A model generated the notes under the pieces. It was not told the origin of the DNA and did not search any database. It saw only the letters and a program-made list of their open reading frames with translations. Below are positions 7,179 through 16,890 of a stretch of DNA of 53,359 nucleotides, piece after piece. The DNA is from Candidatus Wildermuthbacteria bacterium RIFCSPHIGHO2_01_FULL_48_27b. Its GTDB lineage: Bacteria; Patescibacteriota; Minisyncoccia; Minisyncoccales; UBA10102. The translations under genes and the position numbers were made by a program. Every line of letters begins with the position of its first letter. The first letter of the stretch is position 1. The DNA is taken from contig MHTS01000027.1 of NCBI GenBank assembly GCA_001824915.1, forward strand, positions 1 to 53,359. The letters run 5' to 3'.

Positions 7179-7207
7179 TTCTTATACCTTTCAAAGCAAG
7201 TTGTCAA
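7179..7207 (-). promoter_or_regulatory. promoter TTGACA-17-TAAGAA for the DAHP synthase leader
   Basis: Read on the minus strand, immediately after the pheA hairpin. An alternative -10, TATAAG, would give a 15-nt spacer. Confidence 0.45.
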
Positions 7208-7216
7208 ATAGATTGG

Positions 7217-7254
7217 GGAGGGAGCGCGGATCTTTCGATCTTCGCGCTCCCTCC
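7217..7254 (-). terminator. 12-bp GC-rich hairpin after pheA (terminator-like, weak U tract)
   Basis: GGAGGGAGCGCG...CGCGCTCCCTCC, 11 nt after the pheA stop. Confidence 0.45.
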
Positions 7255-7265
7255 TTTATTGAAGG

Positions 7266-8099
7266 CTAAGCCTGCTCGCGCCACTGCGGGTAAGACCCAA
7301 ACACCTTGAGGCGGGAGGTGCAGCGCCGTGCCGCCACCAATGCATCCTTCAGCTCTAAGTCTTCCCGATGTGCCTCAACATCCACCAAGAAAACATACTG
7401 ACCCAGCGCTGTCTTGGCAGGGCGAGACTCCATCCTGGAAAGGTTTAGGCCTCGCGCCGCAAAGATGGCATAGATGGTGAGCAGGGCACCTGGCTTGTCT
7501 TTGAATGTCTCAAAGGCAAGCGAAGTCTTGTCGCAGCCCGTGGGCCGCGCGCTTCGGCGCCCGACCACCCAGAACCTAGTGCTATTCCTCTGTCTGTCCT
7601 GGACGTTCTCCTGCAGGATTACAGCTCCTTCTTGGGCGGCTGCCTTCCCCGCAATGGCCACGGCAGGAACATCGGACTCCAACATTTGGATGACCGCTCC
7701 TGCGGTGGAGTCCGTAGCAATCTGCTTTGCCTTTGGGAACAGCGCGTGGATGTTTTTTGCGCACTGCCCCAGACCCTTGGGATGGGAAAACACAACCTGC
7801 ACGTCCTCTAGGACGGTCCCATGACGCCCCCACAGACACTGGCTGATATTCATGACAACCTCGCCGCACACCCGCACTCTGCGGGCATCATGGATAAGGT
7901 AATCAAGAACATCGGTCACGGGACCATCAATGGAGTTCTCGACGGCCACAACTCCCAGCGAGACCTCGTTTTTCTCCACAGCCTCAAGCACGTGAAGATG
8001 CGAGGGATATGGGACATGCGGACCCTCTGGCAACCAGGTCTTGGCCGCCTCATGGCCGAAGGTACCCACAGGACCTAGGAACCCGATTTGCTTAGGCAT
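7266..8099 (-). CDS. pheA: prephenate dehydratase (monofunctional PDT + ACT domain)
   Basis: 277 aa. Motifs: IGFLGPVGTFGHEAA, VAVENSIDGPV, TRFWVVG and the ACT-domain ESRP motif (LSRMESRPAK). GAGGAGGAG SD. GC-rich. Confidence 0.9.
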   Translation of the reverse strand: MPKQIGFLGPVGTFGHEAAKTWLPEGPHVPYPSHLHVLEAVEKNEVSLGVVAVENSIDGPVTDVLDYLIHDARRVRVCGEVVMNISQCLWGRHGTVLEDVQVVFSHPKGLGQCAKNIHALFPKAKQIATDSTAGAVIQMLESDVPAVAIAGKAAAQEGAVILQENVQDRQRNSTRFWVVGRRSARPTGCDKTSLAFETFKDKPGALLTIYAIFAARGLNLSRMESRPAKTALGQYVFLVDVEAHREDLELKDALVAARRCTSRLKVFGSYPQWREQA

Positions 8100-8195
8100 T
8101 GCATCTCCTCCTCGCTACGCTCACTCCTGTTGAGCGCAGCATTAGAAAATCATTCTGTAATTTCCTTGTGCCGTGCTCAATATTTTCACAACCAA

Positions 8196-8220
8196 CAAAA
8201 AACCCTCCCGGCTGGGAGGA
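8196..8220 (-). terminator. attenuator terminator in the pheA leader
   Basis: Minus-strand RNA reads CCUCCC-AGCC-GGGAGG followed by GUUUUUUG, about 95 nt before the pheA start. UGGGAG at the 3' end of the leader ORF (plus strand 8271-8277) is complementary to CUCCCA in the 5' arm. Confidence 0.7.
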
Positions 8221-8259
8221 TTTTCGTTTCGGATTTAAGCTTGTTCTCCTTTGCTTTTC

Positions 8260-8337
8260 CTACTTTAAATCTCCCAACCTTAGTGAAGGGGTAAAGAAAG
8301 CAAAAAAGAAAAAGTCTTTCGATGCGCTATATTTCAT
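8260..8337 (-). CDS. Phe-rich leader peptide (MKYSASKDFFFFAFFTPSLRLGDLK), pheL-like
   Basis: 25-codon ORF 14 nt after the -10 box. Six Phe occur in seven consecutive codons (FFFFAFF), closely resembling E. coli PheL [15 protein letters not shown]. A terminator follows and then pheA. Confidence 0.7.
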   Translation of the reverse strand: MKYSASKDFFFFAFFTPSLRLGDLK

Positions 8338-8351
8338 ATCTGTGTAGTTGC

Positions 8352-8384
8352 AATATACGCCAAGCCTCATTTTGTGTCAACCCC
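8352..8384 (-). promoter_or_regulatory. promoter GGGGTTGACA-17-TATATT for the pheA leader
   Basis: Consensus -35 and near-consensus -10 with a 17-nt spacer, read on the minus strand. Confidence 0.7.
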
Positions 8385-8403
8385 AGGACACAGCTCAGGG
8401 CTC

Positions 8404-9522
8404 TTAGGGAATAATCCATTTATCTTTTGGGAAAGTCGTAAAATTTTCAAATCCATCTTTGGTTACAAGAATATCATCTTCAATGCGGATGCCGCCAATT
8501 TCGGGGTAATATAGTCCCGGCTCAATAGTAATCACGTTCCCCGGCACAAGCTCATATTCTACCCTTTCTCCTAGCCGCGGCTCTTCGTGTACCTCCAACC
8601 CTACGCCGTGGCCGGTATTATGAATAAATCCCTTATCTCCCACATCATACCCTGCGTCCAACAATATCTCTGCGCATATCTTATGGATGTCACTTGCTTT
8701 CTTGCCAGGAGCTACGGCTTCTATACCTTCTTTCTGGGCCTTTCGCACAGCCTCATACATTTTTCTAAGCTCTTCTGTCGGAGTTCCTTTTACAAAGGTT
8801 CTTGTGACATCTGCGAAATACCTTGTGGCGCGGCTCTTAGGAAAAATGTCGCAAACAATTGGCTCATGCGGCTTAATTGCCCCCTTCCCCGGGTGGTGAG
8901 GAATCGCGGTCTGCAATCCAGAGGAAATAATTATTCCTTCTTCGCTTATCATATCTTCTTCAAACAATAACCGCTCAACTTCTTTCTTTAAAAACTCGCT
9001 TGTGAGAATCGCGCCGCTATAGAAAATACTGTTTCCTTTGATGACAGACTCTCGTAAAATCTTTTCGATGAGAGCAAATGCCTTTTCTGTTTTTTGGACA
9101 CTCGAGCGAATCGCCTCTGCCTCGTCGGGCGTTTTACTGGCCCGCTCCGGGTACAAATGGATCTGGGGAACAAGTTTCACTCCTTTGGAACGCAGAAAGT
9201 CAGCCAGCAAAAGCGGAAAATTGTTGGGCACGGTGATTATCTCTCCTAAAAGCTCATACTTTTGCAGCAAATACCATGCTAAATTTTGAAGGTTATCTTT
9301 GCTTAGACTTAGTTTTGCGGCCTCCTGCACAAGAGGGTTAAGAAGTTGAACTTCAATGTTTTGATTTTTATTCCTTTCCTGGAACAGGCCGAACTCACGA
9401 TGATCCAGAAAAACATATTTCTTCACGCCCAAATCAATCAGAAAAAAAGGATCCACAATATCCATCTTTACCGCATAAAATACGTCGCGGTTTTTCGTGT
9501 TGTCGTAAATGAGTTTTGCCAT
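8404..9522 (-). CDS. M24 family Xaa-Pro aminopeptidase/dipeptidase
   Basis: HNTGHGVGLEVHEEP and NVITIEPGLYYPEIGGIRIEDD motifs. TAATG overlap with the metG stop. Confidence 0.85.
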   Translation of the reverse strand: MAKLIYDNTKNRDVFYAVKMDIVDPFFLIDLGVKKYVFLDHREFGLFQERNKNQNIEVQLLNPLVQEAAKLSLSKDNLQNLAWYLLQKYELLGEIITVPNNFPLLLADFLRSKGVKLVPQIHLYPERASKTPDEAEAIRSSVQKTEKAFALIEKILRESVIKGNSIFYSGAILTSEFLKKEVERLLFEEDMISEEGIIISSGLQTAIPHHPGKGAIKPHEPIVCDIFPKSRATRYFADVTRTFVKGTPTEELRKMYEAVRKAQKEGIEAVAPGKKASDIHKICAEILLDAGYDVGDKGFIHNTGHGVGLEVHEEPRLGERVEYELVPGNVITIEPGLYYPEIGGIRIEDDILVTKDGFENFTTFPKDKWIIP

Positions 9523-11009
9523 TATGGAATCCGGGGGAATAGTATTTCGCTTTTGCGTTCTTGAATTTGCCTTTGAATTCTTTCCGCAGTTTCTGGGAGA
9601 AAAAGTTCAAGCGCAACTGCAATACGCCATAGTTCAACTAGGTGATTGTGGGTGTCCTGTTTTCTTTTTGCCTCATCAATCATAGGATCAAACGGCCTGT
9701 TTGCTTCGATAGAAGAGCTTAAACCACTCAGACCGACAACAGACGCAGAATCTACAAAGCGAACCTCGTCCCCCTTCTCTTCCACAGGAATACCTCGCCA
9801 TAATAATTCTAGAGCCTTACTAAATTCAAAATTTTCGAGCGCATCAAAAAGTCGCCTCTCTCTCCAACATTCTAGAACAGCATCTTTTTCTGGAATCTCT
9901 AAGCTAACGCCATATTTAATTGCTAAGTCAAGCACCCTTTTTAGCTGATTCCCTAAATTGTTTGCTAAATCCGCGTTATACCTTGTTTCAAATTTCTCAT
10001 AGCTAAAGTCGCCGTCTTCCGTAGGCGGAATCTCCCGCAGTAAAAAGTAGCGCACGGCGTCTGCCCCATACTTTTGCACGAGCTCAAAAGGATCGATAAC
10101 GTTCCCGAGGGATTTGGATATCTTTTGCCCGTCTACGGTAATATATCCGTGCACAAAAATTGTTTTTGGCAGCGCAATGCCGAGAGACAACAGCATGGCT
10201 GGCCAAATAGTGCCGTGGAAGCGCAGAATGTCTTTCCCTACCACATGCACATCTGCCGGCCAGTACTTCTTAAACTTCTCTCCCCCTGAATACCCTAACG
10301 CAGAAATATAGTTCACCAAAGCGTCCGCCCACACATAAATAACCGACGTTTCGTCTCCAGGGACGGGAATCCCCCACTGCAGTTTCTCTTTTGGCCGGGA
10401 AAAACTCACGTCCTGAAGGCCTTGATTAATCAAAGAAAGAACCTCATTCTTTCTGCCCTCGGGAACGATACGAAGTTCACCTCCCTCTATTTTTTCTTTA
10501 ATCTGGGACTCATACTTTGAAAGTTTGAAGAACCAGTTTTCTTCCGCTACTTTCTCGGGCGCTTTTTTATGAATAGCGCATCTACCATCTGCCAACTCTT
10601 TCTCGGTGATAAAAGCCTCACAACCCGAGCAGTATAACCCTTCATACTGTTTTTTGTACAAATCGCCATTTGCCCCGAGTTTTTGCCACACCTCTTTTAC
10701 TGCAGGCCAATGGCGCTTTTGGTCCGTGGTGCGTATAAAGTCGTCGTTGGATATGCTGAGTACCCTTATGAGTTCCCCGAACCTTGCGGAAATCTGATCC
10801 GTAAAGTCTTGAGGATTTACACCTTTATCTGCAGCTGCCTTTGCGATTTTTATTCCGTGTTCGTCTGTACCTGTCAAAAAAAATACATTTTCCCCTTTTG
10901 CCCGATGATATCTTGCAACAACATCAGCCTGAACAAACTCTAGCGCATGCCCGATATGACCCTGTGCATTGGCATATGGTATAGAAGTTGAGATAAAAAA
11001 CTTTTTCAT
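9522..11009 (-). CDS. metG: methionine--tRNA ligase
   Basis: SIPYANAQGHIGHALEF (HIGH) and KISKSLGN (KMSKS) motifs. 495 aa. Confidence 0.9.
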   Translation of the reverse strand: MKKFFISTSIPYANAQGHIGHALEFVQADVVARYHRAKGENVFFLTGTDEHGIKIAKAAADKGVNPQDFTDQISARFGELIRVLSISNDDFIRTTDQKRHWPAVKEVWQKLGANGDLYKKQYEGLYCSGCEAFITEKELADGRCAIHKKAPEKVAEENWFFKLSKYESQIKEKIEGGELRIVPEGRKNEVLSLINQGLQDVSFSRPKEKLQWGIPVPGDETSVIYVWADALVNYISALGYSGGEKFKKYWPADVHVVGKDILRFHGTIWPAMLLSLGIALPKTIFVHGYITVDGQKISKSLGNVIDPFELVQKYGADAVRYFLLREIPPTEDGDFSYEKFETRYNADLANNLGNQLKRVLDLAIKYGVSLEIPEKDAVLECWRERRLFDALENFEFSKALELLWRGIPVEEKGDEVRFVDSASVVGLSGLSSSIEANRPFDPMIDEAKRKQDTHNHLVELWRIAVALELFLPETAERIQRQIQERKSEILFPRIP

Positions 11010-11974
11010 GCAAATTTCTTTATTCGGATATCTATATTCCTTTTCGCCTTTCTTAAATCTCTTATACGTTTTCCATGTCTAAGATGAGGTCCAAGTAACG
11101 CAAACAATATCTTCAACGAACTCATCTTGTTCACTGTTATTCTCCAAAAATTCCCATTCTGTAGTATCCCTCTCTTGTCAATACCAGATTTTCGTTCGAG
11201 AGCAAATAGATTTTTAATATGAAATTGAGTAAGTTTTCTATGTATATCTCGTAAAATCCCATAATCGTACGACCCGATACGGAAACGTGCACGCCCCGAA
11301 TAGATTCCAACAGTACCTTCTGCATCTGTGTAACCTGCAAAAAACTCTAGAAAGAACTTTTGGTTTGCAATGACCCATTCGGGAATATTTCTATGTTTTA
11401 ATAAAAGAAACTGAAATGAATCATCAAGGGAGTAATCAATATGTACTCTTCCCTTGACATCCCTTTTACTGGTCCATCCCGGTCCATACTTATCGAACAA
11501 AGACTCAATGAGTTTTATCTGGTCGGTCTGTGTAGTACCACAACCGACTTTAATAAAATTGCCCACTTTGCGAACTCCAAGATCTCCGATCCGAAACCCC
11601 AATAAATATGCTTTCTCTTCAAAATTTCTGCTAAAGCTCTTGCGTGGATATTTAATATTTGTTTCGGACGTCGATCTTCTCGGGATACCATATCTCTTCA
11701 TGTTGCTCAAGATTGCAACTGGGCAACAACTATATAGCTTACTAATAGTAGCCAAAGTAAATCTCTGTTTAGTGTACAAAAACCGAAGCTTCTTTTCTGT
11801 AATATAAACGCGTTTCCGGGCACGAGTCGGAATATGGTACGATTTTAAGTACTGATAAACCGTTTTAGGATCGCAATCGTATCGTTCCGCAATCTGGTAC
11901 GTTGAGAGTTTGGCTGCTACATAAAGATCTCTAAGCTCTCTCTTATTTGGTAAATTCAAATGTCGAAAGGCCAT
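11006..11974 (-). CDS. free-standing LAGLIDADG-type homing endonuclease-like protein with two N-terminal HTH modules
   Basis: Two LAGLIDADG-like motifs (YLLGFRIGDLG and FFAGYTDAEGT). Duplicated HTH segments (STYQIAERYDCDPKTVYQYLKSYHIP and TLATISKLYSCCPVAILSNMKRYGIP). ATGA overlap with metG. A TATAAT box lies 6 nt before the ATG. Confidence 0.7.
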   Translation of the reverse strand: MAFRHLNLPNKRELRDLYVAAKLSTYQIAERYDCDPKTVYQYLKSYHIPTRARKRVYITEKKLRFLYTKQRFTLATISKLYSCCPVAILSNMKRYGIPRRSTSETNIKYPRKSFSRNFEEKAYLLGFRIGDLGVRKVGNFIKVGCGTTQTDQIKLIESLFDKYGPGWTSKRDVKGRVHIDYSLDDSFQFLLLKHRNIPEWVIANQKFFLEFFAGYTDAEGTVGIYSGRARFRIGSYDYGILRDIHRKLTQFHIKNLFALERKSGIDKRGILQNGNFWRITVNKMSSLKILFALLGPHLRHGKRIRDLRKAKRNIDIRIKKFA

Positions 11975-12094
11975 TCATAAATTATACCTTTATTCTAAGA
12001 AAGAGTAAATTGGGCGGTCGTCTATTAAGGTAAGGAATGGCCGTTGTGATATAAAACTTTGTCATACCCTTCTCTTAGCACACTTTTCTGCTTT

Positions 12095-14053
12095 TTACAC
12101 CCTATTTTGAATCAAATCGTCCACAACCGCAGGGTCAGCGAGAGTGCTTGTATCGCCTAAATCTTCGGTTTCTCCTGCAGCGATTTTACGCAAAATTCTT
12201 CTCATGATTTTACCCGACCGGGTTTTAGGAAGCTGCTCTGTAAACTGAATTTTGTCCGGCGTCGCGAAAGAACCAATTTCTTTACGCAGTTGCTGATTCA
12301 ATGCTTCCACCAACTCCGCGGAGGGTTCATAACCTTGCTTGAGTGTAATAAAGCAGTACATTCCTTCCCCCTTAATATCATGCGGGAAGCCAACCACCGC
12401 GGCTTCTGCCACGCTCTCGTGCCCCACAAATGCGCTTTCGATTTCCGCGGTGCCAAATCGGCGCCCCGCGATATTCAGCACATCGTCAATTCTGCCGAGA
12501 AGCCAATAAAATCCATCTTCGTCTTTACGGCATCCGTCTCCGGTAAAATATTTGCCCGGAAACGCGGAAAAATACACCTTTTTTACGAGTTCATTTTTTG
12601 CATCGCCGTATACCCCGCGTATCATTCCAGGCCAAGGTTTAGTGATAACTAGCCTTCCCCCTTCATTGATATCGGCAACCGTCCCGTCTTCCCGCAGAAT
12701 TTCTGGCACCACCCCAAAGAAAGGAAACGAAGCTGACCCTGGCTTTGTAGGTGTAGCTCCTGGAAGAGGGGTTATCATAATTCCTCCTGTTTCTGTCTGC
12801 CACCAGGTATCTACCACCGGACAGTGCTCTTTGCCAATAACGCGCCGATACCACATCCAAGCTTCAGGGTTAATGGGTTCTCCCACGGTACCCAAGATGC
12901 GAAGACTTGAAAGATCGTGTTTATTGGGCCATTGTTCTCCCAAACGCATCAAGGCGCGGATAGCAGTAGGCGCCGTGTAAAAAATGTTTACTTTGTACTC
13001 TTCCACAATTTTCCAAAAGCGATCGGGTTCAGGATAGGTAGGAGTCCCCTCAAACATCAATACCGTGGCGCCGTTCGAAAGAGGACCATACACCACATAG
13101 GAATGCCCCGTAATCCATCCTACGTCTGCGGTACACCAATATACATCTTCATCTTTGATATCAAAGATATATTTATGCGTGCAGGTTGCATACAATAAAT
13201 ACCCTCCCGTGGTGTGCAGCACGCCTTTTGGCTTACCGGTGCTTCCGCTTGTGTATAAAATAAACAAAGGATCTTCTGCATCCATTTCAGCTGGCGTATG
13301 TGAAGCGGGAATGTCGGACGCCTTTATTTCTTCATTCCACCAAAAGTCGCGGCCGGGACTCATAGGGGAATCTCCATTCCCGCGCCGATACGCTATTACC
13401 TTTTTCACACCGGGGCAATCTTTGAGCGCTTCATCCACCTTGCTTTTCAAAGTAATCTGTTTGCCGCCATGAAACGCAATATCTGCAGTAATAACCATGT
13501 GTGACTGGCAATCCAAGATTCTGTTCTTTAACGCTTCCGCTGAAAACGCGGAAAACACCACCGAGTGAATCGCGCCGATTCTCGCACAAGCAAGCATGGC
13601 AATAGGAAGTTCCACAATCATAGGCAGAAAAATGGTAACAACCGTGCCTTTCTTCACGCCATGTTTTTCCAGCACATTGGCAAATTTGCAGACTTGTTCA
13701 TGCAGCTGTTGATAGGTAACGACGCGCTTTTCATTTTCGTCTTCACCTTGCCATATAATCGCGGCCTTATTCCTTCTCACTGAATGCAGGTGTCTGTCCA
13801 AACAGTTATATGCCGCATTAATCTTTCCCCCTTCAAAAAACTTAGCATACGGTTCTTCTACTTCGCCGATTTTGGAAATATCGTATTTCAACACCTGATC
13901 CCACTTTTTAAACCAAGTGAGGCGTTGCTCTGCCTCCCTTGCCCAGAACGTTCCTGGGTTTTCCAGGGACTCTCGGTAAAGCCTTCTGTACTCTTCCATA
14001 TTTTGAATATGGGCGCCCGCGCTTACATTTTTTGGAGGATAAAACATATTCAT
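12095..14053 (-). CDS. acs: acetate--CoA ligase (AMP-forming acetyl-CoA synthetase)
   Basis: 652 aa. Motifs: [19 protein letters not shown] and [12 protein letters not shown]. Typical Acs N-terminus. Confidence 0.92.
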   Translation of the reverse strand: MNMFYPPKNVSAGAHIQNMEEYRRLYRESLENPGTFWAREAEQRLTWFKKWDQVLKYDISKIGEVEEPYAKFFEGGKINAAYNCLDRHLHSVRRNKAAIIWQGEDENEKRVVTYQQLHEQVCKFANVLEKHGVKKGTVVTIFLPMIVELPIAMLACARIGAIHSVVFSAFSAEALKNRILDCQSHMVITADIAFHGGKQITLKSKVDEALKDCPGVKKVIAYRRGNGDSPMSPGRDFWWNEEIKASDIPASHTPAEMDAEDPLFILYTSGSTGKPKGVLHTTGGYLLYATCTHKYIFDIKDEDVYWCTADVGWITGHSYVVYGPLSNGATVLMFEGTPTYPEPDRFWKIVEEYKVNIFYTAPTAIRALMRLGEQWPNKHDLSSLRILGTVGEPINPEAWMWYRRVIGKEHCPVVDTWWQTETGGIMITPLPGATPTKPGSASFPFFGVVPEILREDGTVADINEGGRLVITKPWPGMIRGVYGDAKNELVKKVYFSAFPGKYFTGDGCRKDEDGFYWLLGRIDDVLNIAGRRFGTAEIESAFVGHESVAEAAVVGFPHDIKGEGMYCFITLKQGYEPSAELVEALNQQLRKEIGSFATPDKIQFTEQLPKTRSGKIMRRILRKIAAGETEDLGDTSTLADPAVVDDLIQNRV

Positions 14054-16821
14054 ACTTCAACTTCAATCTTCTTATAGGCATCCATGATGCAGAAATTCGT
14101 AACCATAGTAAGGCCGTAGTCTTGCGCAAATCTTTCTGCTTCTGGGGTATTAACGCCCTCCGCCAGCCAAATAGTTTTGATATTCCCTCGATCCACGATA
14201 TCTTTCATGCACTCCACTACTGCCTCCGGTTTTCGAAAGATATCTACAATATCTATATGGACAGTTTTTGGGATTGCAGAAAGGCTTGGATACGATTTTT
14301 CTCCTAACACCTCCTGGATATTGGGGTTTACAGGAATAATCCGATACCCCTTCTCTTGAAAATATTTCGCTACGCGATGGCTATGCCGCTCAGGCTTATC
14401 CGACAAACCTACAACAGCAATCGTTTTTGCATTTTTTAGAATATCCTCGTGTTTAATGTCTGCAACCTCGATGGTCACGGGCGCAACACCTTCCCACTGC
14501 CATTCTTCAATCTCCGCGGGGTCTTCTCCGAATCTCTTAATGTACTCTGTGTGCTCTCCAAGAGCTTTTTGGTATGTTGCGACCATCATAGTTTTTTTGT
14601 CTTCCGCAAGCACCCCTTCTCTCGCGGCAATCTCAACAATTTCTATAGCGAGGTGATAGCGATCCGTTTCATTGCGAACCAACATATCAAAAGGTGTAGT
14701 CGTCGCCCCCTTTTCTTGATAGCCATGTACGGAAAAACGCTGGGGGTTTTTAACTCCCAAGAGCATCGCTTTCATAACCTCCGGATACCCATGGAAGTTT
14801 ACGATAACCGGCTTATCTACAGTAAAGTATTTTTCAGCATTCGGGATTTGAGGATGAAACGTATTTTCGCAGGAACATGCCGCCTGCAAGCGCATGATGT
14901 TTACGAAACGAATACGGATCGACGGCTCATCTTTTTTCACCAGCGCAAAAGCTGCTAAAGCTTCCTTGGTCATGTAATCACCAATGCCCACGAGCACAAG
15001 ATGTGGATCTTTATCGTTTGCAAGATCCCAAATGCCAATTCCATCTTCTTGAAGCTGCGTTTTTGCTTCAGAAAGAGTAAGCCAGCGAGGCTCAGGCGTT
15101 TTCCCAGCCACAATAACATTCATCTGATTCTTGGAGCTAAGAGTTTCTTCTGCTACGGCGAGCATACTGTTATCATCAACTGGGAAATAGACCTTTATAA
15201 AGTCGTTGTGCTTCTCAAGAAGCCCTGAAATAAAGCTTGGGTTTTGATGGGAATACCCATTCCGCTCTTGCCTCCAGACAGTAGATGTTAATACATAGTT
15301 CATCGATGGAATATCCAGCCTCCATGGCACAATGCGCGCATATTTTAGAAACTTTTGATACATATGCGCCATGCTGGAGAAGATTTGCGCAAAGGCTTCG
15401 TAGGTTGCGAGAACCGCATGGCGGCCGGAAAGAATATATCCTTGAGCAAGCCCATGCAAATTGAGTTCAGAAAGCATCTCCATAACTCGTCCGTCTGCCG
15501 CCATATCTTTATCTGAAGAAAGGTGTGGCCAAACGAATGCGCGCGAAGTTACCTGGAATACCTCATCAAGACGATTGGAATAAGTCTCATCGGGCGACAG
15601 TAAGCGAAAATTTCTTTGTTTCTTGTTCAGCACAAAGATCTCCTTTAAATAAGAGCCCAGCATTCTCAAGGCGTTCGATTGTATTTCTCCCCGCATGCCA
15701 ATCTCTTTGGCTAATTTTTCAGCTTTTGGCAAAACAAGCGCCTTGTAGTGTTTGCCAAACATAGAAGGATTATCCCCCATGCGCAACTTTTCATCCGGAG
15801 TAACAGACAATACCTCTTTGGCAAACCCTTTTTCTTTATCAAATAATTCTTCGAAATGATATGACCGCATCCACTCCTCAAGCGCCTGTAATTCTTGTTC
15901 GTCGCCCCGCACGGTGGGCATCACCACTTGATGCGCTAAAATTGTTCCTTCAATTTGTTGACCGCGCAATTCCTTAACCGTAGTCCACCCTTTGGGAGTT
16001 TGCAGAATAATCATGGGGAAACGCGGCTTGAAAGGAGCGTTGGCTTTTCTGGCTTCACGCTGAATTCTTTTAATGCGCCCATGACACGTCTCAAGAACTT
16101 TAAGCATTTTCTCATGAATGTTGGGAGCGGCCACAAAAAATGGCTCATATCCATACCCCGAGAACAGCTCTTTGAGCTCCCGGTTGCTCATTCTGCCAAA
16201 AATTGCGGGGCCTGAAATCTTATAGCCGTTCACATGGAGAATCGGCAAAACCGCGCCATTGGTTGCAGGATCAATCAATTTATTAATGTGCCAAGCAGTC
16301 GCTATGGCTCCGGTTTCCGCCTCGCCATCTCCTATTAAGCAAATCGCGAGCAAATCCGGATTGTCTAAAACCGCGCCATACGCAGAGGCAAGGGAATAAC
16401 CTAGTTCTCCGCCTTCGAGCATCAATCCCGGCGTTTCCGGACTGCAATGGCTGGAAAATCCATAGGGCCAAGTAAACATCTTGGATATATACTCAATGCC
16501 TTCGGCATTGCGCTCGGCTTTCTGGTAATACTTCTCAAGAGTGCCTTCCAAAAACAAATTCGCCTGTAATCCGGGCATGCCATGCCCTGGGCCAAGAACA
16601 AGAATAGCCGATTGCTTGTGTTTTTTTACTAAGTAGTTAGCGTGCCCATACACAAAGTTAATACCCGGACAGGTACCCCAATGGCCGGAAAGTTTTGGCT
16701 TAATGTCTTCTGTCTTCAGTGGCCGCTCAAGCAAAAAATTGTCCTGGAGATATATTTGCGCCACAGTCAAGTAATTCGCCGCGCGGATGTACGCATTTAT
16801 ATTGTGTAAAATTTTATTCAT
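14050..16821 (-). CDS. xfp: phosphoketolase (Xfp) fused to a C-terminal CoA-binding (YccU/YneT-like) domain
   Basis: 923 aa. N-terminus [27 protein letters not shown] and EGGELGYSL are typical of phosphoketolases. The last ~135 aa ([36 protein letters not shown]...VDIFR...IWLAEGV) form a CoA-binding Rossmann domain. ATGA overlap with acs. Confidence 0.88.
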   Translation of the reverse strand: MNKILHNINAYIRAANYLTVAQIYLQDNFLLERPLKTEDIKPKLSGHWGTCPGINFVYGHANYLVKKHKQSAILVLGPGHGMPGLQANLFLEGTLEKYYQKAERNAEGIEYISKMFTWPYGFSSHCSPETPGLMLEGGELGYSLASAYGAVLDNPDLLAICLIGDGEAETGAIATAWHINKLIDPATNGAVLPILHVNGYKISGPAIFGRMSNRELKELFSGYGYEPFFVAAPNIHEKMLKVLETCHGRIKRIQREARKANAPFKPRFPMIILQTPKGWTTVKELRGQQIEGTILAHQVVMPTVRGDEQELQALEEWMRSYHFEELFDKEKGFAKEVLSVTPDEKLRMGDNPSMFGKHYKALVLPKAEKLAKEIGMRGEIQSNALRMLGSYLKEIFVLNKKQRNFRLLSPDETYSNRLDEVFQVTSRAFVWPHLSSDKDMAADGRVMEMLSELNLHGLAQGYILSGRHAVLATYEAFAQIFSSMAHMYQKFLKYARIVPWRLDIPSMNYVLTSTVWRQERNGYSHQNPSFISGLLEKHNDFIKVYFPVDDNSMLAVAEETLSSKNQMNVIVAGKTPEPRWLTLSEAKTQLQEDGIGIWDLANDKDPHLVLVGIGDYMTKEALAAFALVKKDEPSIRIRFVNIMRLQAACSCENTFHPQIPNAEKYFTVDKPVIVNFHGYPEVMKAMLLGVKNPQRFSVHGYQEKGATTTPFDMLVRNETDRYHLAIEIVEIAAREGVLAEDKKTMMVATYQKALGEHTEYIKRFGEDPAEIEEWQWEGVAPVTIEVADIKHEDILKNAKTIAVVGLSDKPERHSHRVAKYFQEKGYRIIPVNPNIQEVLGEKSYPSLSAIPKTVHIDIVDIFRKPEAVVECMKDIVDRGNIKTIWLAEGVNTPEAERFAQDYGLTMVTNFCIMDAYKKIEVEV

Positions 16822-16856
16822 AATGCTGCGGATTATATCTTTTTACCCCATTAACG

Positions 16857-16890
16857 CAAAAGAAAACGCCCCTAAACTTCGCTCGGGGCG
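16857..16890 (-). terminator. rho-independent terminator upstream of xfp
   Basis: Minus strand: CGCCCC-GAGCGAAGTTTA-GGGGCG followed by TTTTCTTTTG. It is followed by TTGCGT-16-TATAAT and the xfp ATG 10 nt after that -10. Confidence 0.6.

Noticed and set aside
6938-8400. T-box or known riboswitch as the explanation for the pheA and DAHP synthase leaders.
   Set aside because: No T-box consensus (AANNNGGGTGGNACCGCG), specifier-loop architecture or recognisable riboswitch core was seen. Short aromatic-rich ORFs plus alternative pairings fit peptide-mediated attenuation better.
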